A stretch of DNA of 64,000 nt. Origin: an uncultured virus (IMG/VR IMGVR_UViG_3300035187_001477) (taxonomy: Duplodnaviria > Heunggongvirae > Uroviricota > Caudoviricetes > Crassvirales). A program made the translations under genes and the position numbers. The notes beneath the pieces were generated by a model. It did no database searches and was not told the DNA's origin. It worked only from the letters and a program-made list of their open reading frames with translations. How positions within the stretch are numbered: the first letter of the stretch is position 1; each line of letters opens with the position of its first letter. Positions 28,772 through 36,086 of this stretch are shown here, one piece after another. The stretch lies in the IMG/VR virus record IMGVR_UViG_3300035187_001477; one strand, written 5' to 3'.

Positions 28772-29653
28772 ATGCAAACAGGTATCATCTACAGAAACAC
28801 AGGAGAGCGTTCACGTGGTCAGATAGCGCACTATCACGGAAAGCCATCACCCCTGCATCACGGCAAGACTCCGCACAGGGCTGACATCGCAGGGCTCAAG
28901 AAAGCCGAACAGCGCAACGTGCTGCATTTTGACGGCAGCGAGTACAGCAGCAGGTTCACCATCGGCTTCGAGATTGAGAAAAACAGCCTACACAGGGCAG
29001 CGGTGAAAGAGTATCCGCTCCTGTGCGGTTTCGAGCGTGACGGCTCGTGCGGTTACGAGGCGGTGACCCACATTTTGCCCCTCCTCCCTGCAGGTCAGTG
29101 GCGCAACAAGGTCTTCGACCTGTTCGTACAGGCTGAGAAGATTATTGATGACAGGTACAGCCCCTCAGACAAAAAATGTGGCGGTCACATCACAGTGGCT
29201 GTGCAAGGGCTGACAGGTGACGAGCTCAGGGAGAAAATCCGCAAGAACTGCGGTATCATCCTCGCCCTGTTCCGTAAGCGGCTCGATAACAGCTACTGCA
29301 ATCACAACAGGAGGCTGCAGGGTAACAATGAGAGCAGCCACGCAGGTGGGTGGCATCACAAGTATCAGACAGCCCTCGTAAAGGGCAACACGCTTGAGTT
29401 TCGCCTCCCCTCACGTGTCGAGAGTGTCAAGCAAATGATTCGCAGGTACGAGCTGTTTTACGAGGTGGTGAACTTTTCAATCAACAGCCCGAGCGGTAGC
29501 CACGATGCACTGCTCAAGCGCATCGACCCCATCATCCTGTCAATGTACAACGGAGACAGGGCTAAGGCTGACGAGGTGCTGCGCCTATCAAAGCATTTCC
29601 GCAAGTACATCATCACAGGGGAGAGACATCAGGACATCATCCCCTTTGTCTGA
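28772..29653 (+). CDS. Putative amidoligase (COOH-NH2 ligase, Amidoligase_2-like)
   Basis: IGFEIE, DGS...E, CGGHI and TLEFR motifs. Confidence 0.8.
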   Translation: MQTGIIYRNTGERSRGQIAHYHGKPSPLHHGKTPHRADIAGLKKAEQRNVLHFDGSEYSSRFTIGFEIEKNSLHRAAVKEYPLLCGFERDGSCGYEAVTHILPLLPAGQWRNKVFDLFVQAEKIIDDRYSPSDKKCGGHITVAVQGLTGDELREKIRKNCGIILALFRKRLDNSYCNHNRRLQGNNESSHAGGWHHKYQTALVKGNTLEFRLPSRVESVKQMIRRYELFYEVVNFSINSPSGSHDALLKRIDPIILSMYNGDRAKADEVLRLSKHFRKYIITGERHQDIIPFV

Positions 29654-29666
29654 GGGGAGAGGGGCG

Positions 29667-29682
29667 GTGTCTTCAAAGACAC
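29667..29682 (+). repeat. 16-bp palindrome, copy 4 of 8 (intergenic, hairpin next to ribozyme 1)
   Basis: GTGTCTTCAAAGACAC; stem extends over 29661-29688 with GU pairs. Confidence 0.95.
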
Positions 29683-29688
29683 TGCTCC

Positions 29689-29741
29689 TGCTGTCTCAGC
29701 GTGTGTGCGCTGACTGACGAGCTCCAAAGAGCGAAACAGCA
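29689..29741 (+). ncRNA. Hammerhead ribozyme, type III; predicted cleavage after C29695 (GUC)
   Basis: TGCTG-TC / stem I TCAGCG-TGTGTG-CGCTGA / CTGACGA / stem II GCTC-CAAA-GAGC / GAAA / CAGCA; all core nucleotides and three stems present. Confidence 0.93.
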
Positions 29742-29762
29742 AACCATAAAAATCTAAACACA

Positions 29763-29996
29763 ATGACAAAGCAAACCATCCTCACCATCATCCTTGCCAT
29801 CATCCCATCTTATCTGTCGCTGTTCTGTTCAGCGCAGGGGGCAACCATCCTGCTGTGCGCAACCACAATGATCGGGATTATCATCACAGGTGCGCTCAGT
29901 GACGAGCACAAACTGACGGACAAACTTCGCTTAGCGTGGATACTGCACTTGCTTAGTGTGTGCGGTGCGGTAGCCTTTCACAATATCGCAGGTTAA
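29763..29996 (+). CDS. Small hydrophobic membrane protein flanked by two ribozymes
   Basis: 77 aa with 2-3 hydrophobic segments; early-type initiation region. Confidence 0.7.
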   Translation: MTKQTILTIILAIIPSYLSLFCSAQGATILLCATTMIGIIITGALSDEHKLTDKLRLAWILHLLSVCGAVAFHNIAG

Positions 29997-30044
29997 CTGA
30001 CGAGCTGTGAATCAGCGAAACGGGAGCTCGCTCCCGTCTTAACC
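29991..30044 (+). ncRNA. Hammerhead ribozyme, type I; predicted cleavage after C30038 (GUC)
   Basis: GGTTAA / CTGACGA / GCTG-TGAAT-CAGC / GAAA / CGGGAG-CTCG-CTCCCG / TC / TTAACC. Confidence 0.93.
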
Positions 30045-30058
30045 AAATTGTAAGCACT

Positions 30059-30604
30059 ATGCGCAAAATCACAGAGCAAATCGTGCGCTCTTTCCTGAGA
30101 GGAGAGAATCGCACCATCGGCAACAGCCGGAGCGAGAACGGGTCGCTGTTCCTGTTCGACAATCGTATCGCTGAGTACAGAGGCAGCGAGTTATGGATAA
30201 CCAACGCAGGGTGGACAAGCAATACCACAAAGGAGCGGCTCAACGCCCTTCCCGGGGTTCGCATCCATCAGCGCAGAGGCGAGTGGTATCTGAACGACAT
30301 TGCGTGGGATGGTGGATGGGTTCACGTGGGGTCGTACACAGGCAGCGTGGATGAGGAGGTGGAATTTGATATGACAAGCAGGTGGATGGACGCAGGGTAC
30401 AGCAGACCAAATTATGCGGTGTTCCATACCCATAACGAAGCGGAGCTGAGCCAAATCGAGTTCATCCTGAACGAGGCAGGGATACCAAATCGCAGACACG
30501 AGACAGACACAGATGGTCGGTGGCTGCCCAACCACTTCATCGTGGTGCTGCCTCAAGATATTGACAATTCAGTCGCATTAATCACTAAAAATCTATACCA
30601 ATGA
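30059..30604 (+). CDS. Early hypothetical protein
   Basis: 181 aa; AGWTSNTTKERLNAL motif. Confidence 0.7.
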   Translation: MRKITEQIVRSFLRGENRTIGNSRSENGSLFLFDNRIAEYRGSELWITNAGWTSNTTKERLNALPGVRIHQRRGEWYLNDIAWDGGWVHVGSYTGSVDEEVEFDMTSRWMDAGYSRPNYAVFHTHNEAELSQIEFILNEAGIPNRRHETDTDGRWLPNHFIVVLPQDIDNSVALITKNLYQ

Positions 30605-30978
30605 TTAGAATCATCCGAGAGGCACGTATTGAGCATTGCACTGAGTACTCTCTCAACTTCGACACAGACAGAAACGGAGGCTATGCCTTCGACTGCAATC
30701 ACAAAGGCGAGGTGTTTGATATATCACCCGAGGGTCAGCGCAACTATGAGCGCTGCCTGAGCGGTGAGGTCAAGACTATTCGCCCCCCATACATCAGAGA
30801 GCGCAACTACACAAAGCATACCTATGCGGTAGGTGAGTGCTACTGCGGTGCGCCTGTAGAGCTACAGCCCGACAGCGAAGGGCTGTGCTATTGTCACTGC
30901 GGACAGGGCTATAACACAGCAGGACAGAGCATACGCCCACGCTCAGAGTGGGAGGAGAGATATGAGGATGACTATTAA
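30601..30978 (+). CDS. Cys-rich (zinc-binding) early protein
   Basis: CYCG...CYCHCG. Confidence 0.65.
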   Translation: MIRIIREARIEHCTEYSLNFDTDRNGGYAFDCNHKGEVFDISPEGQRNYERCLSGEVKTIRPPYIRERNYTKHTYAVGECYCGAPVELQPDSEGLCYCHCGQGYNTAGQSIRPRSEWEERYEDDY

Positions 30979-30997
30979 TAAACCAAACCAAAGCAAT

Positions 30998-31156
30998 ATG
31001 GAGCGTGAGTTTTTATACAAAGTTTTCTATGGTAAGGTGCTCGTCAAAACTATAGTCGCCCACACAAGGTGGGAGGCAATTGAGTTAGTCTATAGCAGAC
31101 TGATTGGCGAGTATCCTCACCTCATTCGGAGTCAGTTTAAGGCAAAAAGAATTTGA
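30998..31156 (+). CDS. Small hypothetical protein (start revised to 30998)
   Basis: ATG after an A/C-rich leader. Confidence 0.55.
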   Translation: MEREFLYKVFYGKVLVKTIVAHTRWEAIELVYSRLIGEYPHLIRSQFKAKRI

Positions 31157-31182
31157 TATGTTCAGAAATTGTCGTATCTTTG
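31152..31182 (+). promoter_or_regulatory. Consensus Bacteroidota promoter
   Basis: TTTG-N19-TATCTTTG. Confidence 0.8.
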
Positions 31183-31210
31183 TCTATCTTTAGTTCATTA
31201 ATCGGGTTCT

Positions 31211-31226
31211 GTGTCTTCAAAGACAC
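31211..31226 (+). repeat. 16-bp palindrome, copy 5 of 8 (between promoter and start codon)
   Basis: GTGTCTTCAAAGACAC. Confidence 0.95.
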
Positions 31227-31246
31227 TGCCCACAAACCTAAACACT

Positions 31247-32347
31247 ATGTGCGTAATCATTATCAAGCAACAGGGTCAGCGCCTACCCAAAGAGGTCGCA
31301 AAGACATCAGGCAGGGTCAATCCTCACGGACTCGGGGTCATTTGGATGGACACGTTTGAGATAACTTATCACAAGTCGAAAGACTACAAGGTGCTCGACA
31401 CAGAGCGCCCTTTCATTGCCCACTTCAGGTACGCCACAGTGGGTGCAATCGGCATCGAGAACACGCACCCATTCCCCTGCGGTGCAAACAAAAATGAGTG
31501 GCTGATGATGAACGGCACAATCTATGGTAAGGGCAACAAGACTGAGTGTGACACGAAGGTGCTCGCTCGGGAGCTCGGCAACAAGCCACGCCACACGTGG
31601 AAGAAAGAGCTCGAGCAATACCCCTGCAGGTTCGTATCAGTCAACGTGCGTAATCGCAGCTACCAAATCTATAACAAAGAGCTGTGGGTTCAGAGGGATG
31701 GTATATGGTACAGCAAAGCCAACGTGCTCGAGGAGCATCTCGTGGCTGTCTATGGGACGCTCAAGAAGGGTCACGGCAACTACTATCATCACCTGACTGA
31801 GAGCAAGTTCATCGGCAAGGGTGTAACCAAAGACAAGTATCCGCTCATCGTAGAGGGGCTGCCATATTTAATCGAGGAGAAGGGCAAGGGCTACAATGTA
31901 GAGGTCGAGGTGTTCAAGGTTGACGATGACACGTTCAAAGACCTTGATGCGCTTGAGGGGCATCCAAATTGGTATCAGCGTAAGCAGATACCTGTCAAGC
32001 TAAAGGATGGCAAGGTTCTCACCTGTTGGGTGTACTTCAATCCGACCAAGACAAGCAAAGGTCGCAAGATGCACAAGTCGTACACAGGTCAGAGCTACCG
32101 GCAAGAGCCTGCGAAATCGTGGCAGCCTGCGTTCACATTTTGGGAGCCACAGCGCACAATTGACGAGCCGATAGTTGACGAGCTGCAGCTACCTGACGAC
32201 CAAGAGTTCACCGTAGCTGAGGAGTGCCCTGTCTGTATCAATTGTTTCAACGACCTTGAGCACGACTTCTATGGCAACTACTACTGCAAAGCCTGTGGTG
32301 AGTGGTTCAGTGAGAATGAAATCATTAAATTCGGATGCGCAAACTAA
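31247..32347 (+). CDS. Class II glutamine amidotransferase fused to gamma-glutamylcyclotransferase and a C-terminal Zn ribbon (start revised to 31247)
   Basis: N-terminal MC nucleophile, NPHGLG, HFRYATVG, HPF, NG; VYGTLKKG, LDALEGHP, CWVYF; CINC...CKAC. Confidence 0.85.
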   Translation: MCVIIIKQQGQRLPKEVAKTSGRVNPHGLGVIWMDTFEITYHKSKDYKVLDTERPFIAHFRYATVGAIGIENTHPFPCGANKNEWLMMNGTIYGKGNKTECDTKVLARELGNKPRHTWKKELEQYPCRFVSVNVRNRSYQIYNKELWVQRDGIWYSKANVLEEHLVAVYGTLKKGHGNYYHHLTESKFIGKGVTKDKYPLIVEGLPYLIEEKGKGYNVEVEVFKVDDDTFKDLDALEGHPNWYQRKQIPVKLKDGKVLTCWVYFNPTKTSKGRKMHKSYTGQSYRQEPAKSWQPAFTFWEPQRTIDEPIVDELQLPDDQEFTVAEECPVCINCFNDLEHDFYGNYYCKACGEWFSENEIIKFGCAN

Positions 32348-32352
32348 ATACT

Positions 32353-32544
32353 ATGGCACACATAATAATCCAAGAACAAGAAAACAGAATGGTGAGAATC
32401 GACATCGAAGGAGAAGAGAAAGTACTTGCGTCTATCATAGCTTCGGCTATAATGAAAGACCCACACTTCGGTATCCTCGTGCTGTCGGCACTTGCTGTAA
32501 TCGCTGAAGAGCAAACTAAATTCCCTGACATAAACCCAAATTAA
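32353..32544 (+). CDS. Hypothetical protein
   Basis: ATG in ACTATG context. Confidence 0.6.
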   Translation: MAHIIIQEQENRMVRIDIEGEEKVLASIIASAIMKDPHFGILVLSALAVIAEEQTKFPDINPN

Positions 32545-32549
32545 AAGCT

Positions 32550-32750
32550 ATGACACAGCCAATGGACGAACAAGAAAGACTGATGCTAATTCAGCATCTT
32601 ATTGACAGACTTCTTTACCTTGAGGAAGAAAAGCGAAAGGAGTTCTTATCTTATCTCGATGCACTATACTGCGTGTATCCTATACCAAGAGAAATCAAAT
32701 ATGGTAAGGACGCTTTCATCGGTGCTGATAATTGTGACGAAAATTTTTAA
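32550..32750 (+). CDS. Hypothetical protein
   Basis: 66 aa, in operon. Confidence 0.6.
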   Translation: MTQPMDEQERLMLIQHLIDRLLYLEEEKRKEFLSYLDALYCVYPIPREIKYGKDAFIGADNCDENF

Positions 32751-32753
32751 GCT

Positions 32754-33128
32754 ATGGAAAGACAATTACTTGAAGACATCTTTGTTACTGCCCTCGAAGG
32801 GGGCAGTAACTATTGGTATCACATCACCGCTGAGACCAATCAGAAAATCAGAAAGGCTGTGCCACGTAGTGAAGACCCTTACTTAGCAACAGCTATGCTC
32901 ACCGCAATTCTTGATCACGGAGTGAGCGTAGAGATACACGATGCTGAGAATCCCGACGAGGTTCTCGGGGTGCTGAGCTACGAGAGAATCAAAGAGCAGC
33001 TCGAAGACATCGACAGACACCTTGACTACAGATGGGCGCTTGAGGCGCACCAAGATGAGGTCGGAGATGCAGAGAGCGCAGACATCGTATTCCAATACCT
33101 TGTAATGGGAGACGTATGGTTCTCGTAA
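32754..33128 (+). CDS. Conserved phage protein
   Basis: DIFVTALEGGSNYW...DAESADIVFQYLVMGDVWF pattern. Confidence 0.65.
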   Translation: MERQLLEDIFVTALEGGSNYWYHITAETNQKIRKAVPRSEDPYLATAMLTAILDHGVSVEIHDAENPDEVLGVLSYERIKEQLEDIDRHLDYRWALEAHQDEVGDAESADIVFQYLVMGDVWFS

Positions 33129-33274
33129 CAGCCAAGTGGATACGCTGCATAGCGTGCAGACGTATGTTCACACAGACAATCTACAAGAGAAAGAAAAGTA
33201 AACCTGAGTGTCCACATTGTAAAAAGATTAATGATGATAGTTCAAACCATACACGAAATCCTAAATCCGTTTGA
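33116..33274 (+). CDS. 52-aa zinc-ribbon protein (not in ORF track)
   Basis: MVLVTAKWIRCIACRRMF...PECPHCKK. Confidence 0.55.
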   Translation: MVLVTAKWIRCIACRRMFTQTIYKRKKSKPECPHCKKINDDSSNHTRNPKSV

Positions 33275-33461
33275 CGTGGAGACACCGCTCGGTACGGGCA
33301 CAGCTCTGTTTCTGATAGCAGGTTCTATTCATTCCAATCCTCAGTTCATCGTACGACTTTACAATAGTGGAGCTGTACGGACTATTGACCAAACCGAAAT
33401 CACTATCTACGGTAATCCAATGGACGGGCGTGGATGGGATATTAAATCAACCAATATATGA
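33231..33461 (+). CDS. Hypothetical protein
   Basis: 76 aa; VETPLGTG motif. Confidence 0.6.
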   Translation: MMIVQTIHEILNPFDVETPLGTGTALFLIAGSIHSNPQFIVRLYNSGAVRTIDQTEITIYGNPMDGRGWDIKSTNI

Positions 33462-33601
33462 AACAGAGAATCAAACTACTCGGGGAGCTTCTTTACTTCT
33501 TCTTTATCGCAACACCGGTATTCCTGCTGACCATAACAGCAATATACGTGGGGTTCTTTTTCTACGATACCTATAACCTGATAAAAAAAATTAGGAAATA
33601 G
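33458..33601 (+). CDS. 47-aa single-pass membrane protein (not in ORF track)
   Basis: MKQRIKLLGELLYFFFIATPVFLLTITAIYVGFFFYDTYNLIKKIRK; ATGA-coupled. Confidence 0.55.
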   Translation: MKQRIKLLGELLYFFFIATPVFLLTITAIYVGFFFYDTYNLIKKIRK

Positions 33602-33645
33602 AAAAGTTTTATACTAATTTTGTACCAAATCTAATCAAATTAACA

Positions 33646-33873
33646 ATGAAAAAAGAAACATTTATCAACAGCGGTCGCATCACAGACCTCAAGACATTCC
33701 TCAATTTAAGACCCAATGAAGCCCTGCAATTTGACTGCACAGATGTTGTGCTGTACGAGGATGGGCACTACATTCAGGTACTCAAGACCGGTCACTTCTT
33801 CTATGACGGTTTTGCTGACAAGAAATTGGATAATGTAGAAGAATTTATGTGGAAAAAAATTGACATTAATTAA
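33646..33873 (+). CDS. Hypothetical protein
   Basis: Preceded by TAATTTTG (33615-33622). Confidence 0.6.
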   Translation: MKKETFINSGRITDLKTFLNLRPNEALQFDCTDVVLYEDGHYIQVLKTGHFFYDGFADKKLDNVEEFMWKKIDIN

Positions 33874-33911
33874 ACAAATTAACTTATCTTAGCAGACCTA
33901 AATCAAATCAA

Positions 33912-34214
33912 ATGAAAAGTGACATCTTCTATCAGTACGTGGAGAGAATCACAGAGCTGTTCAGAATACAAAAAGAAGAGCTGTTCTCCAAATCAAAACG
34001 CAGAGACCTTGTCGATGCGAGATACTTGCTTTACTACCTATGCTACAAACGCCCGATGAGCCTGAGCTATATCCAAAAGTATATGAGCGAGAACGGCTAC
34101 TTCATCCGGCACTCTTCAGTTATCTACGGTATCAACACCGTAATCGAAAGAGTGAAAGAGGACAGCGACTATATGCAAGTCGTTAAGGACATCGAGAAGG
34201 CTGTATTCATTTAA
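33912..34214 (+). CDS. DnaA C-terminal (domain IV)-like HTH protein
   Basis: LFSKSKRRDLVDARYLLYYL...HSSVIYGI. Confidence 0.7.
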   Translation: MKSDIFYQYVERITELFRIQKEELFSKSKRRDLVDARYLLYYLCYKRPMSLSYIQKYMSENGYFIRHSSVIYGINTVIERVKEDSDYMQVVKDIEKAVFI

Positions 34215-34235
34215 CCAACACACATACCTAAAACT

Positions 34236-34856
34236 ATGGCAAACGAAAACAAATCCGTTTACGGTACGCTGTCGTCCATAAGCGTCAAGGACAAGATCGA
34301 AAGGAAAGGCAACCTCGACTACCTGTCGTGGGCAAATGCTTGGTCAATGCTCAAGTCAAACTATCCTGATGCGCAGCGCATCGTGTACGAGAACTCAGAT
34401 GGGATGAACTACTTTACAGATGGCACGAGCTGTTGGGTAAAGGTCGGCATCGTAGTGGGAGGCATCGAGCACATCGACTACCTGCCCATTATGGACTTCA
34501 AGAACAATTCAATTCCTCTCGCAAAGCTCACGTCAACTGACGTAACCAAAGCAATTCAGCGAAGCACAGCCAAAGCAATCGCAATGCACGGACTCGGACT
34601 TTCTTTGTGGACGGGTGAAGACCTGCCTGAGATGGTGACTGAGTCTCCAAAGAAAGCTGCTGCTGAGAAATCCTCAGCTCCTGCTGTAGGCGCTGAGTTA
34701 ATCGAACTCAAGAAGGGCACAGCCAATTGGGATGCGGTGGTGAAATATGTTGAGGCGAACAAGAAGCTCGGCATCGAGGCAATTGGGAAGCAGCTCATCC
34801 GCAAGTACAAAATTTCTCCTGCACTTAAAAAAGAAATCGCTGAACTATGCAAGTAA
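34236..34856 (+). CDS. Sak/Rad52-like single-strand annealing protein (DUF1071-like)
   Basis: ERKGNLDYLSWANAW, LPIMDFKN, IQRSTAKAIAMHGLGL. Confidence 0.85.
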   Translation: MANENKSVYGTLSSISVKDKIERKGNLDYLSWANAWSMLKSNYPDAQRIVYENSDGMNYFTDGTSCWVKVGIVVGGIEHIDYLPIMDFKNNSIPLAKLTSTDVTKAIQRSTAKAIAMHGLGLSLWTGEDLPEMVTESPKKAAAEKSSAPAVGAELIELKKGTANWDAVVKYVEANKKLGIEAIGKQLIRKYKISPALKKEIAELCK

Positions 34857-35578
34857 TCAACCAACTAAGAGACGACCACGAGTACTATCGTGGCGTGGGT
34901 AAAAACTACTTATCCAACTCAGACATCGGGGCGCTACTCACCAACCCTAAAGCGTTTCGTCAAGACAGAGAAGACAACAAGAGCTTTGCCGAAGGCAGGC
35001 TCTTTCATCAGCTCCTTCTTGAGCCTGAGAAGGTGGACAAGGTGACGAGCGTTGACGTGAGCAGTCGCAACACCAAAGAGTATAAGAAATTCGTTGAAGA
35101 GAATGGGCTTGACTTTGCACTACTGACCAAGGAGGTGGAGGAAGTCCACAACCTTGTGGCTGTAATCAAATCGAACATTGCTTTCTACGATGACATCTAT
35201 GCTGATGGTAACGTGTACGAGGAGCCGGCAATCGGTACAATCAAAGGCGTGGAATGGAAGGGAAAGGCTGACATCGTAACGGCTGACTGCATCATCGACC
35301 TGAAGACTACGAGCGACATCAATAAGTTTAAGTGGAGCGCCAAGGCGTATCACTACGACTCTCAGTGCTACATCTATCAGCAGTTATTCGGTAAGCCTCT
35401 TGTCTTCTACGCAATCGACAAGGAGACAGCGCAGCTCGGAATCTTTAGACCCACTGAGAACTTCATCAGAGGTGGCGAACTCAAAGTTGATCGGGCTATC
35501 GAGGTCTATCACAAGTACTTCGGACCGAACGCAACCGAGGATATTGACAACCATTATATTGACGAAACATTAGATTAA
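34847..35578 (+). CDS. PD-(D/E)XK exonuclease (RecE/DUF3799-like)
   Basis: LSNSDI, GRLFHQLLLEP, KGKAD, IIDLKTT, YDSQCYIY. Confidence 0.85.
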   Translation: MQVINQLRDDHEYYRGVGKNYLSNSDIGALLTNPKAFRQDREDNKSFAEGRLFHQLLLEPEKVDKVTSVDVSSRNTKEYKKFVEENGLDFALLTKEVEEVHNLVAVIKSNIAFYDDIYADGNVYEEPAIGTIKGVEWKGKADIVTADCIIDLKTTSDINKFKWSAKAYHYDSQCYIYQQLFGKPLVFYAIDKETAQLGIFRPTENFIRGGELKVDRAIEVYHKYFGPNATEDIDNHYIDETLD

Positions 35579-35589
35579 ACCCTACAATT

Positions 35590-35886
35590 ATGTCTGAACA
35601 GCAACAAGAAAGAATCTTTGCCGATGGTTTTATCATCAAGCGCAGAGACAATGCACCTGAATTTGTAATCGCAAACATCAGTGTAAAAGTGGACGAGGCT
35701 ATTGCCTTTCTCCGCAAGTACGAGAAGAACGGATGGGTAAACCTAAACGCTAAGACCGGAAGGTCAGGTAATCCCTACATCGAGCTCGACACCTTCGAGC
35801 CAAAGGGTAAGGGTAGTGCTAAGCCAAAAGCAGCAGCACCTGAGCCTGCCTCTGAGCCGGAGGAAGATGGAGACCTACCCTTCTAA
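35590..35886 (+). CDS. Putative single-stranded DNA-binding protein
   Basis: Acidic EEDGDLPF C-terminus; located next to Sak and the exonuclease. Confidence 0.65.
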   Translation: MSEQQQERIFADGFIIKRRDNAPEFVIANISVKVDEAIAFLRKYEKNGWVNLNAKTGRSGNPYIELDTFEPKGKGSAKPKAAAPEPASEPEEDGDLPF

Positions 35887-35894
35887 ACCAAACT

Positions 35895-35924
35895 AAAGAG
35901 GGGGTATCAGCCCCCTCTTTTTTT
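35895..35924 (+). terminator. Intrinsic terminator
   Basis: AAAGAGGGGG-TATCAG-CCCCCTCTTT plus T-run. Confidence 0.8.
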
Positions 35925-36086
35925 CTCTAAGCTGTGTCAATTTAAGTCTCCCTCTATTCTCTATATATATCTCTATATATATATATTATTCTATAGAATA
36001 CAGGTCAAAAAAAATATTAACATAATCGACATCGGCTTCAGAGTCAGCAAGTTACACGACATTTTTTCGACACAACCTTAACATTT

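Noticed and set aside
28500..29580. Other CTGACGA words (about 28350, 28506, 29568; also 24848) as further hammerheads
   Set aside because: They lie in coding sequence and lack stem II followed by GAAA and a matching cleavage-site helix
33135..33175. Hairpin-like sequence as a structured ncRNA
   Set aside because: It lies within a plausible 52-aa Zn-ribbon ORF and has no recognisable RNA motif
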